Shown: positions 1 through 11,747 of the stretch, piece after piece
How the letters are laid out: every line of letters begins with the position of its first letter
Numbering within the stretch: the stretch's first letter is position 1
Assembly (NCBI GenBank): GCA_964016885.1
Contig: OZ024741.1
Location: forward strand, 87,916,001 to 87,980,000
Origin: Eledone cirrhosa
Lineage: Eukaryota
DNA: 64,000 nt
Direction of reading: 5' to 3'
Program-made: the position numbers and the translations under genes
The notes under the pieces: generated by a model
The model's input: only the letters and a program-made list of their open reading frames with translations
What the model was told of the DNA's origin: nothing
Database searches by the model: none

Positions 1-737
1 AATGAAGTGATCGACCTCTTCCAGGTCTTGTTGGTTGACTGATTGCTGGAATAGTGTTGTTGGTTGTTTTCATCACCTTGGTCTTTTTGGTGTTGATTCT
101 CAGACCGATCTCTTCGCACTCTCTTGCAAGGATGTTGTAAGACCCTGCAGATCTGCACTGTCTTCAGCGATCAAAACAATGTCGTCGGCAGATGCCAGCT
201 CCCTCAGCCTCGACTGACCTGTCCATGGGATTCCTCGACCGGGCCCTTCATCTTTTCGCCCTAGAATGAAATCGACTTCCACCAGAAACAACAGCGGATA
301 GAGAATGCAACCGTGTCTGACATCGGAGACAATGTTAAAGAACACCGTCACACAGGGCTCAGTTCATACGCAGCTGCTGGTGCTTGCGTATAGGGCCTTG
401 AAGATGGCGATGAATCTCGTATGACGTACGAATCTGTGATGTTCCCTAGCGATTCACTATGCACACTATCGAACGCCTTCAGGAAATCGATGAAGCTGAC
501 CGTCAAAGGTTGCTGGAGTTCAACGCATTGTTCGAGGATGGTACGTAGTGTGAAGATCTGTTCGGTGCAAGATCGGTTGTTTCGGAAGCCGTCTTCTTCA
601 TCTCGGAGCACAGAGTCGACAGCTTCCCAGAGTCGACGCAGCACCACAGTGAAGAACGCCTTGCCTGAGACTGATAGCAATGTGATGCCGCGCCAGTTGT
701 TGCAATCGGCGAGGTTTCCCTTCTTCGGCATATATAC
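1..737 (-). mobile_element. RTE-type non-LTR retrotransposon RT fragment (decayed)
   Basis: PKKGNLADCNNWRGITLLSV, FIDFLKAFDSV, VRHGCILYP, LASADDIVL motifs with frameshifts. Confidence 0.88.
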
Positions 738-929
738 TAATAATATATACACTTCTTAATTATATACAACACAATTATATACAACACAACACATTATATT
801 GAATGATTCTTTTTAAATGACTGAAATTACTAAAATGGAATGTTTTACTCATTTATGGTTTGAGGATAAACAATATCTTTCGTTTAGCGTATGTTTAAAA
901 ATGAAAACAATTCGGCACCTGTACCACTC

Positions 930-1095
<166 letters not shown>

Positions 1096-1181
1096 GTGGT
1101 AGAACACTGGAAGGTAATATCCGTAGTGGCAGAGCACTCAATCCATGGGACGAGTTTGGTCGAAGTTTGATATATATAGAA

Positions 1182-1207
<26 letters not shown>

Positions 1208-1212
<5 letters not shown>

Positions 1213-1880
1213 TAACTAGAAATTGATTGACATATATATATATCTAAAATAAACATATGAAACAATCACAGGGAATAATTTGTAAAAGTGTGTAAGCACA
1301 CACAGCTAGGTTGGTAACTAATTAAAGTTTAACTAGAACTTCAAAAATAGATACCTTATAAATTGATTAATCTTCCTTGTATATATTTCATTAAAGAAAT
1401 GTATTTCACCATTAATCGATTGGTAATGGGATGAAGCTGGTACGATGTGTGTATTTTTAAAAAATACGACACGTGCTGCTAGTCATTCGCAGATTTGAAT
1501 TTGCTGTGTAAACACAGATAGTTAGATCTTCTCCCTTGTTGAAAATTCGGGATTTGGCTACTGTGGTTTACCGATCGATTAATGGTGAAATACATTTCTT
1601 TAATGAAATATATACAAGGAAGATTAATCAATTTATAAGGTATCTATTTTTGAAGTTCTAGTTAAACTTTAATTAGTTACCTTCCTAGCTATGTGTGCTT
1701 ACACACTTTTACAAATTATTCCCTGTGATTGTTTCATGTTTATTTTAGATATATATATATATGTCATTCAATTTCTAGTTAATATAAAATGCTCGGATCT
1801 ATTCATTGGAATCTTGGAGCATATTCTACAGTGGATATGGCGCTTGTCTCTCCGACATGACACCCTTAATTTAATTTTGT
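1208..1880. mobile_element. Fold-back element in (TA)n: ~219-bp inverted arms 1208-1426 / 1568-1786 plus one-sided tail
   Basis: Arms are near-perfect reverse complements by eye and the unit is flanked by TA tracts. Penelope pLTR origin is inferred. Confidence 0.75.
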
Positions 1881-2058
1881 ATATATATATATATATATAT
1901 ATATTGTTATACTTTGGGAGGGTCATGTTGCCAATAAGAAACACACGCACCAGTTGCTTTCACTTCAATTTATTATATATTTATAAATTTATAAGTTTAT
2001 AAATTTATAAATTTCTGGTTGGTTGGTTGGTTCCACAACCAGATAGTTGTTTATATAT

Positions 2059-2103
2059 AGTCATAGTTCTTTCGTCACACACCCTGTAACCTCTTCAGTG
2101 ACT
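2059..2103 (-). ncRNA. Minimal type-I hammerhead ribozyme motif in the PLE pLTR
   Basis: AGUCA-CUGAAGA-G-GUUACA(GGGUG)UGUGAC-GAAA-GAAC-UA^UGACU: intact core, 5-bp stem I, 6-bp stem II, minimal stem III. Confidence 0.78.
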
Positions 2104-2307
2104 GGGGATTCCTTTCTTTGTTTCTGTGCCTCTCCTTTGTTCTGTCCTACGCCATTTTGTTTCTGTGTGTGTGTTGTGTGCTCAGTCTGCGCATGCGCCA
2201 CATCCGGGTGTCTGTGTGTGTTTATGTTCATTTATTTATTTATTTGTTTATTTACATGTTACTGGTTGGTTGTTTGTTCTATGTGTGTGTGTGTTTTCAT
2301 TTTGTCC

Positions 2308-3450
2308 TTAATTGTAAGTTGTGATGTTGCTGTTCCACTCATATTTTCTATTTAATTTTGGTTGTAATTCTTTTATGCTTATTGCCTCTGTAATTTGTCT
2401 AAACATTGCGTCTTTTCTGTGTGTAGATTCTATTTTTATTTCTATGTTCTCTAATTTACCCTTGTGTTCTATTTTTGCATGTTGGTAGAGTACAGATGAT
2501 TCTTTATTATCTTGAAGGTCTCGCCAGTGTTCATTTATCCGTTCCCCTACACTACGAGCTGTCTCACCTATGTACACTATATTTTTGTTTCTACATTGTC
2601 CTTCAGTACATCTTATGCTATACACTACATTTCTAGTTTTACAGTTAATATGGGGGCTTATTTTACAGGTTATACATTTCTTATCTATACATGAGGGTCT
2701 TTGAAAAGGGTATGTCTTGCTAATAAGTGTTTTTACGGAGGTACCTGGTCTTTCTACTATTTTAATATTGAGTTTATGTTTATTTAGGGCCCTTCTAAAT
2801 TTGTAAGCTAATTCACCTCTAGGGGTTGTATCGATGAACATTACACTCTGGTATTTATTGCTATCATACCATGAGTTTATTCTATTAGCCTTGTTCCTAG
2901 TTCTTTCTATTCTATTCCAAAATTTGCTCCTATACAAGGGGCAGGTCCCATTTATGTCATTATTTACCATTTTTTCCCATTTGGTTCTGGCTCCTCTATA
3001 CACTCTGATTTTATCTCTCTGATTGTAGCCAGAGAACTGCATACGGTAGATGAAGTGTTGTATGTGTCTCTCTAGTTCTTCGGGGTTGCACATGCGGGAC
3101 ACATTTCTCATCACCCGTACCAAATCCGCAATCAGTATGTTGATTTTGGTATGGTCCGAAATGGCCGAGTTTCGGTGGATCAGATGTTTGGAAGTCATGG
3201 GTTTGGCATAATGGGAATGGAGGATTTGTTTTTTGTTGTTAATGGTATCTAACCAGAGCTCTGTGTCTAGTACAGGTAATCGATGGTTGGGGTGTTTACT
3301 TGGGTAGTCTATAGTAACTCTAATGCTCTGGTGGATGGAGTTTGCTATTTGCTGGATGCTTTCCATTGTGTTTTTCTCTAGTTCCTGACTGTTCTCTAGT
3401 GGGGGTGTCTTAACTACGATGTTTATATCATCTACGTAGCGGGAGTACAT
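2308..3450 (-). CDS. Penelope-like RT C-terminal half + GIY-YIG endonuclease (truncated ORF)
   Basis: 380-aa open frame from the ORF track, homologous to 7991..9418. Confidence 0.88.
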   Translation of the reverse strand: MYSRYVDDINIVVKTPPLENSQELEKNTMESIQQIANSIHQSIRVTIDYPSKHPNHRLPVLDTELWLDTINNKKQILHSHYAKPMTSKHLIHRNSAISDHTKINILIADLVRVMRNVSRMCNPEELERHIQHFIYRMQFSGYNQRDKIRVYRGARTKWEKMVNNDINGTCPLYRSKFWNRIERTRNKANRINSWYDSNKYQSVMFIDTTPRGELAYKFRRALNKHKLNIKIVERPGTSVKTLISKTYPFQRPSCIDKKCITCKISPHINCKTRNVVYSIRCTEGQCRNKNIVYIGETARSVGERINEHWRDLQDNKESSVLYQHAKIEHKGKLENIEIKIESTHRKDAMFRQITEAISIKELQPKLNRKYEWNSNITTYN

Positions 3451-3785
3451 TATCAGGGTTAAGGGGTCTTCTAATTGTTCTTTAAGTTTAAGTTTAAGTC
3501 TACTTTAAGTCTACTTTAAGTCTACTTTAAGTCTACTTAAAATGTTTAAGTCTACTTAAAATGTAAAAAAAAATCAGTCATACTAGTTAACCCCGTGGCT
3601 ATTACACAGTTTAATTAAAAATTAATGTCAAATACTAAAGATCAATATGACATTTAAATGAATTATTTATAAGTTATATATCTATACACTCAAATATTAT
3701 ATATAGTACTTAATAAATTTAACAGATAGCAAAAGCTACCAAAATGAAATATTTTACTCATTTATAATTTGAAGATTTGTTTGCA

Positions 3786-3981
3786 AGCAAACCAACCGTC
3801 AGGAGACCCAGGGGTAGACCCCGAACAAGATGATTAAATAACATCCTTGAGCTCGGCTGATCTCGCTCGGGGATCCAGCCAGATCAATTGGTGACGGTTG
3901 CTTCTGACAAGACCCGCTGGACAGAATGCTTGAGGACTCTGCCCCCGCAACCCTCAGAAGAAGAAGAAGAAGAAGAAGAAG

Positions 3982-4011
<30 letters not shown>
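3786..4011 (+). mobile_element. RTE-family 3' end with (GAA)n tail
   Basis: Encodes RPRGRPRTR-like C-terminus and ends in GAA repeats. Related copies at 4880-5115(-), 25800-26420(+), 28950-29950(-) and 39985-40230(+). Confidence 0.75.
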
Positions 4012-4013
<2 letters not shown>

Positions 4014-4055
4014 TTTGGCGCCACTGCCACCCCTTACACACATACACTCTCTCTC

Positions 4056-4261
<206 letters not shown>

Positions 4262-5742
4262 TCTCTCTTTCTCATACACACTTTTACATTTCCCTTTCCA
4301 TAAAGCCATGAGATTTTAAAATGTTAAAAATATTCGGCGTTGCCACTACCGCCACCATCATCACCACCGATCTCCTATTTTCTCCTCTATTGCACACATA
4401 CTCTTGCCGTCTCCTTTCCACGGAGTGACAGAGTTTTTGCACCATAGATACAATAGTTTTCATATAATAGATCCTTTCGCGGTGGCATACGCCTGGGTGT
4501 TCTGCGCGTCGGTATGGCAGAGCAGGCGAACAGGGATGAGAGAGGGCGGGCGTGACAACCTCTCATTGACTGTTTCGTGCTGTTATCGTTGGCCACTATA
4601 TATATATGAATTAATGAATACACAGGTAAACGGTAAAGACCCACAGGTAAACGGTAATGACCATGAGTTTTGCACCTAGAAAGTTTCCTCCGAGGCACAA
4701 ACCCGAGCAAGGTGTTTTTGTGGAAGACCAGTAGTCGCCGGTGTATACCAGCCCCCCACCCCTTCCCTCCCTCCTCCCACTCTCCATGTCACCAATGATG
4801 TCCATAGGGAAAAGCAAAGGTCGATGCAGCTTGGCACCAGTGATGTCGCAACTCATTTCTACAGCAGAGTGAACTGGGGCTTCTCTTCTTCTTCACCCAC
4901 TTATTCCTGGGAGAGTCGTGAGGGCAGAGTCCTCAAACACTCCTTCCAGCGGGTTCTGTCAGAAGCAACTGATACGGCTGGATCCCCAAGCGTGACCAAC
5001 CAAGCTCATGGGTGTTATCCAACCATCTTGCTCGGGGTCTACCCCTGTGTCTCCTACCGGTTGGTTTTGCTCGTAAAATCTGTCCAGCGATTCTTTCCTG
5101 AAATATTCTAACTACGAGTAACGTTAAAAATATAGTTAGCTTCTACTTATATGCATTGATATATACACACGTACATATATTTAAATTTGTCAAATCAATC
5201 AAGTTTCCCAATTGCTTTGCACAAGATTGCACATTACATCTGTCCAAATAAATAAATATTTCAAATATATAATAATTATGACGAAACATAAAATCTGAAA
5301 CCTCTTCCAATTTCAATTTTCCTGTCATCCATTATTTGCGTCGTTGGAATGTTTCTGAATTATTAAATTGTTTGCCTATTTTGAAACATTTACTTATTCA
5401 TTTCCCTAATCGAGAAAGCCAAGTTAGATTTTTACATTCCCTAAGGTTACTAAAATAAGGTGAATTGACAGATAGATTGTTTGCGATATTCGTTCGCACT
5501 CTTCGAGTTCTGAGTTCAAATTCCACCGAACTCAACTTCACCTTTCATCCTTTCGAGGTCAATATAGAAAGTACCAGTCCAGTACTGGGGTCGATTCTTC
5601 ATCTATCAATCTAGCTAGCTATCTCCTTCAGCCCGGAGAATGGATGAAATATACCAGGCTTAAAATGCCCAATAAATTTCGTATATCACTACGTTGACCA
5701 TTCGACTTGTCCACGAGTTATGGGTCCATACATACATTGTTA

Positions 5743-6072
5743 GGCAGTGAGTCGTTAGAACATCGAATAGAATGCTTTATGGTATTCGTTCTGAATCTCT
5801 GCTCTCTGAGTTCAAACCCCGCCGAGGTCAACTTTGCTTTTCATCCTTTCGAGGTCGATAAAAAAAGTACCAGTTTAATACTGAGGTTGATTCTTCCTCT
5901 ATATCTCTTTCACATTATTCCCCTCTCTCGCTTTCTATCTTTCTCTGGAAGAAATCTGCTGTACTCAGACCTGGAGAGGGATGGGCTCCGCCAGGCTTAA
6001 AATGCCCAAGAAACGCCGAACGTCAATATGGCACCCCTACGACCCCATCAGGGGTTACGGGACCATACATAC
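5743..6072 (+). mobile_element. tRNA-derived SINE (representative copy)
   Basis: A/B-box-like head (GAGTTCAAACCC), core GAGGTCAACTTTGCTTTTCATCCTTTCGAGGTCGATAAAA..AGTACCAG and a shared tail. Other copies near 5457, 12452, 13337, 13975, 23710, 28431, 36036 and 41264 (+), and near 12980-13125 and 34697-34820 (-). Confidence 0.8.
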
Positions 6073-7055
6073 ATACACACATTGTTATTGATCCCAGTTT
6101 TTATTACTTAGCTTTATTTCATTGTATTTTGCTGGGAGCTCACACAAATTTTCGGAGCTGATTATCCATGAGACTTTTTACGTTAATGACTTTCTTCACA
6201 TTCAGAATCTGTTCAAGAGTTAGAGAAAAAAAACTTTGATGTATGGTCATAAGTTCGAAAACTTAAACATCAACATGGCAAATATGAAAGTGCTAGTTAA
6301 TGACAGAACACGAAATCGCAGAGTCATCTTGGAAGTAGTTTGTTTTGACTCAAGCAATGGGTAGACAAAAGTTGCTATGGGATGTCTGGTAGACAAGAAG
6401 AGAATCAGTACTTCAAACAAGAATAAAACCAAGACTTCAAATGTTTTAATGTATACTGTGTGAAGCAAGTATGAGAAGCAGCATACAGCACAGTAGTGAA
6501 GCATATGCATTGACTATGGGAGATCTAGACAGAAATTATACGAACGTGGAAGGTAGAGCACAAGTACGGTCAAATAGTGGATGTTCCTTGAAAACATTAG
6601 CCGATAAATGTAGGAAAGACGACTACGCTGGTATAGCCATATGGGGGAAGAGGACGATATGTGACAGAAAAAAAATAGTGTGTAGAGTCAAGTACCAACA
6701 GAAGACTAGTATTGTGGAAGATAAGAGATGAAGTGAGATGTAACTACCACCATCATCATCATCATCAGCGATTGCTTCTTTGTTTTTACAGTATATATAT
6801 ATATATATATACATGCATACATACATATATATGTGTATATATATATATATTGTTATATTTGGGGAGGGTCATATTTGTGTAATATTGCCAGAATTAATAA
6901 CAGAACACACTCACTGTTTGGTTGGTTTTCGCTTCTCGCTTCTGTGTCTTTTATATCGGTAATCTAACTTACTCGGTCATCAATGTTGCCATTGACTGAC
7001 CGACGGTCAAAAATAATACAGATACAATATAGACACAAACACATATATATAGTTT

Positions 7056-7097
7056 ATCATAAATCTTTCGTTGCACATCTGCAACTTCGTCAGTGGT
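7056..7097 (-). ncRNA. Hammerhead ribozyme motif in the left inverted pLTR
   Basis: ACCA-CUGACGA-A-GUUGCA(GAUG)UGCAAC-GAAA-GAUU-UA^UGAU; core intact, stem I weak with one mismatch. Confidence 0.65.
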
Positions 7098-7251
7098 GCT
7101 AACTTTTTCTCCTGTTGTATTGTATGTCTACGCCATTTTTATTCAGTCTGTCTATATATTTATTTATTTATTTGCTTGTTTGTTTATTTTATTTTGTCTT
7201 CTTTGCACATGCGTTTGCGTGTGTGTATAGTGTTTTGTTTGCTGTGTGATG

Positions 7252-9418
7252 TCTACCCACGGATAAGTCTGTTTGCTGTAGTATGTCTACCCACGGATAA
7301 GTCTGGTAGGATGTCAATAGATAGCATGCCGAACTACATCAAGGCTATGCAACCCCACATCACCAACACGAGCGAAGTTGCACAACAAACACACGATGGG
7401 AGAGAGAAAATCCTCAACGCTCACATGATGATGTGGACTGACATCCTAAAGCCAAGCAGACGCACTGCCAACAACTTCCAGACGTCTAACAATGGCATAC
7501 CACCCTTGTATGGGCTCCGCAAAGACCACCAGACAGTCGACGACCCGACAACAGGACCACCAACAAGACACGTATGCGGAGCTAATATAGCTAGTAACTA
7601 CAGGATCTCCTACTTCCTCTCAATGGTTATACGCCCCATAATCAAGATGTCCCCAGATGTATGTGACAGTACAGAGGACCTCCTCAGCAGAATCAGTGAG
7701 TGCAACAAAAACAGGAACCTATCCAACTGCATAATAGGCAGCATGGATGTGGTGTCACTGTACCCATCCATTAACATTGATTTTGCTGTGAAAAGATGTG
7801 TGGAGGTGATCATTGAGAGTGAGGTGGAGTTCTGCGACGTCGACACAGACGAACTGGGCCTCCTACTTAGACTTACCTACGACACTGACTACCTAGACAG
7901 CCATGACCTTAGACGTTTCTGCCCTAGTAGACCTATAAGAGGTAGACCCCCCACCATAACCTCAATGGCAAAAAAGACTCCCATGGGAAGGTGGATTGGG
8001 TGGACCAAAGCTATACGGACCCCCCCCCAAACAATGATCAGGTAAGAAAAATGGTCGCACATGCAATAGGGGCTAGTATCAAAACTACCCTAAAGGGCCA
8101 CATATTTAAGTTAAACGAGAAGATCTACACCCAAAATGAGGGAGCAGCCATCGGCGTCAGCATAGCTGGTGATGTTGCCAACCTTTTCATGGTATGGTGG
8201 GAAAGGAGACTTAAAGATCTCCTTAATGAGAGCTCCATGGACCTCATCATGTACTCTCGTTATGTAGACGATATCAATATAGTTATAAGAACACCCCCAC
8301 TAGAGAGCACTAACAAGTTTGATTTAGAACGTAGCACGATGGAAAGCATCCAGCAGATAGCTAATTCCATACACCAGGGTATAACTGTAACTATCGACTT
8401 CCCTTCCAAACGCCCTAACAATAGACTACCTGTATTAGACACAGAACTCTGGATTAACACTATAGACGAGAGAGCCCAAATTCTCCACTCACACTATGCT
8501 AAACCCATGGCCTCCAAATACCTGATACTCAAAAACTCAGCAATGTCCAGTAGTGCTAAGTTTAATATTCTGATCGCAGATTTGGTACGAGTGATGAAGA
8601 ATGTGTCCCGCATGTGCGACCCAACAGAAATGGAAAGACACATCCAACACTTCATCAACCGCATGCAGTTCTCTGGCTACAACCAAAGAGACAGAGTCAG
8701 AGTATACGAAGGAGCCATGGAGAAGTATAAGACCCTCATAGAACTGGACATGAAAGGAATTTGCCCATTATACAGGAGCAAATCATGGAATAGCTTAGAT
8801 AGGGCTAGACATAAGATAGGGAAAGCCACCTCATGGTACGACAACCAGAGATACCAGAGTGTCATGTTTGTGGACGCTACCCCTAGAGGGAAATTAGCTA
8901 ACCAGTGTAGAAAGGCCCTGAGAAAGACCCACTTAAAAGTTAAGGTGGTAGAAAAGCCAGGAACCACCATAAAATCCCTGATCAGCAAAACCTACCCTTT
9001 TAAGAAAACCCACTGTACCAATAGGAAATGTATCATATGTAAGGTAAACCCCCGGATAAACTGTAAAACTAGAAACGTAGTCTATAGCATAAGATGTACA
9101 GAGGGTACTTGCAGAAACATGACAACAACATACATAGGTGAGACAGCTCGTAGCATAGGTGAAAGGATAGACCAACACTGGGGGGAACTAAAAGGACGAA
9201 AAAACGGGTCAGTACTATACGAACATGCTACACAACAACATGACGGTAACATAGACAACATAGAAATTAGAATAATATCTAAACATAGAAATGACCCAGC
9301 AGATAGGCAAATCAGAGAGGCCAGTGAAATAGAAATTAGAAGACCAAGACTAAACAGGAAGAATGAATGGAATAACAACAACACCCAAACAAACAACACT
9401 GACCTAAGAGAAGTATAA
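7252..9418 (+). CDS. Penelope-like RT + GIY-YIG polyprotein, 5'-truncated, one frameshift at a C9 run (8020-8028)
   Basis: SMDVVSLYPSI (motif A), QNEGAAIG (B), RYVDDI (C), LPVLDTEL and NVVYSIRC..YIGETARS across ORFs 7071..8045 and 7991..9418. Confidence 0.9.
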
Positions 9419-9661
9419 ATAAGTAAATAAAATAAAATAAATAAATAAATAAATAAATACATTCACAAGCACAATAACAACAAGCACATAAACACACACT
9501 AGTCACCCATCACACAGCAAACAAAACACTATACACACACGCAAACGCATGCGCAAAGAAGACAAAATAAAATAAACAAACAAGCAAATAAATAAATAAA
9601 TATATAGACAGGCTGAATAAAAATGGCGTAGACATACAATACAACAGGAGGAAAAGATAGC

Positions 9662-9703
9662 ACCACTGGCGAAGTTGCAGATGTGCAACGAAAGATTTAT
9701 GAT
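9662..9703 (+). ncRNA. Hammerhead motif in the right pLTR, core mutated (CUGGCGA)
   Basis: Mirror of 7056-7097 with an A6>G change in the catalytic core. Confidence 0.55.
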
Positions 9704-9950
9704 AAACTATATATATGTGTTTGTGTCTATATTGTATCTGTATTATTTTTGACCGTCGGTCAGTCAATGGCAACATTGAGGACCGAGTAAGTTAGATTAC
9801 CGATATAAAAGACACAGAAGCGAGAAGCGAAAACCAACCAAACAGTGAGTGTGTTCTGTTATTAATTCTGGCAATATTACACAAATATGACCCTCCCCAA
9901 GTATAACAATATTTGTTTCGACACACGATTTCATATAAAAAACCTCGCAA

Positions 9951-9984
<34 letters not shown>

Positions 9985-10128
9985 CGAAGGAAATGTGGTA
10001 AGGAACCAGATGGACCATAACGCACCAAAGTATTCAATACTTAGGGTAGTAGAGTGGGTAATAGGAACGAGTAGGACCCCGACGGCTGAGCTCAAGCCGT
10101 TTCGACGGCTAATTCTGGACTATGCATG

Positions 10129-10179
<51 letters not shown>

Positions 10180-10192
10180 GCATACATACATA

Positions 10193-10298
<106 letters not shown>

Positions 10299-10310
10299 TA
10301 TATATATATA

Positions 10311-11448
10311 CAGTATTTTCCGTTGTGTTGTAATATAAATATTACACACAGTAGATTATCAGCTCACGTAGAGTTTGCTCGACGGTTCCAGTTGTAGTTC
10401 CAAAAGTAATCCGGAGAAAAATAGAAAGATTTGAATGGATACAGTTTAGTTGAAAGGAATTTATTGACACGTGTTTCTATAACAGTTACATAACCTAAAA
10501 CAGCTATCTACAAACTTTTAGTTATGCAGACATTCAATATTTCAATGTTATTATTTACTGTCATTTCATCAGAATAATATTACTGAGGACCTATTTAGTT
10601 TTTATAGAGAATATTAGGAGGGAGGGGTGAAGTTGTTAGAAGAATAGTTGAAGGAGTGGTTTTTCGATAGCAGTGAGAATTCTTGGTGGCAGTGAGTAAT
10701 TAGATTCCCATCTGTTGTTTTGACATTTTTTATGGAATATATTATTGGTTATTTTTCTAAATCTATAGAAGGATTAGAGATAGTAAAGATATGCGTGGTT
10801 GGTTTTGTGTTTGCACTTAACATTCAGACTTAAATTTTTCTTTCAAGTGTACGTATTCTTTCACCCACGCATTCACACACAAATATATTTGCACACCTCT
10901 ACAAAATACATATACTCACAATTCACATATTCATACTTACATATATATACACATGTATACACATATATATACACACATGTATTCATGTACATACATACGC
11001 GCTCATGTGTATACATTTTCATACTCAACTTATCTTTATATATACACACGTATAGACACACACATATATACATACATACTCTAGTCCATGTGTAATCCTT
11101 CTATAGATTTAGAAAAATAACCAATAATATATTCCATAAAAAATGTCAAAACAACAGATGGGAATCTAATTACTCACTGCCACCAAGAATTCTCACTGCT
11201 ATCGAAAAACCACTCCTTCAACTATTCTTCTAACAACTTCACCCCTCCCTCCTAATATTCTCTATAAAAACTAAATAGGTCCTCAGTAATATTATTCTGA
11301 TGAAATGACAGTAAATAATAACATTGAAATATTGAATGTCTGCATAACTAAAAGTTTGTAGATAGCTGTTTTAGGTTATGTAACTGTTATAGAAACACGT
11401 GTCAATAAATTCCTTTCAACTAAACTGTATCCATTCAAATCTTTCTAT
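10311..11448. mobile_element. Fold-back element in (TA)n: 356-bp inverted arms 10421-10776 / 11093-11448 plus one-sided tail 10311-10420
   Basis: Arms appear to be essentially perfect reverse complements, and each carries a hammerhead motif. Confidence 0.85.
11292..11408 (+). ncRNA. Hammerhead ribozyme motif with extended stem II (mirror copy at 10461-10577, minus)
   Basis: UUAUU-CUGAUGA-[88 nt closed by AUGACAGU/ACUGUUAU]-GAAAC-ACGU-GUC^AAUAA. Confidence 0.62.
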
Positions 11449-11469
11449 ATATATATATATATATATATA

Positions 11470-11658
11470 AGGCGGGTAAAATTCCCGAGATCCATGGACG
11501 AGTTCTCTCCAGCGGTCTCTGTCCCTCATTATCGCTGCCATGTCCTGTATCTCGAACAGACCAGTGTCTGTCCTTAGGGCATCAACATACGTTAACCTTG
11601 GTCTTCCTCTTCTAGTGTGTCCATGTAGGGGATCCCAAAGGAGCACTGAGTGCAATGT

Positions 11659-11660
<2 letters not shown>
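11470..11660 (-). mobile_element. RTE-type LINE 3' end fragment
   Basis: [40 protein letters not shown], a typical RTE C-terminus. Confidence 0.75.
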
Positions 11661-11745
<85 letters not shown>

Positions 11746-11747
11746 TG

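Larger units (their letters stand above)
1901..3564 (-). mobile_element. 5'-truncated Penelope-like element (copy 1)
   Basis: ORF with RYVDDI (RT motif C), LPVLDTEL and a GIY-YIG endonuclease (NVVYSIRC..YIGETARS..ERI..H), followed by a pLTR with a hammerhead motif that ends in a (TA)n tract. Confidence 0.92.
6847..9952 (+). mobile_element. 5'-truncated Penelope-like element (copy 2) with inverted pseudo-LTRs
   Basis: 405-bp inverted arms 6847-7251 / 9508-9912 flank an RT + GIY-YIG ORF, with a ~40-bp extra tail on the right. Both ends lie in (TA)n. Confidence 0.95.

Noticed and set aside
1427-1567. Hammerhead in the loop of the first fold-back (ACGTGTC palindrome on minus)
   Set aside because: GAAAC and CUGANGA are too degenerate to call.
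5743-5825. tRNA genes at GAGTTCAAATCCC-like B boxes
   Set aside because: No complete cloverleaf, and each is followed by the same SINE core.
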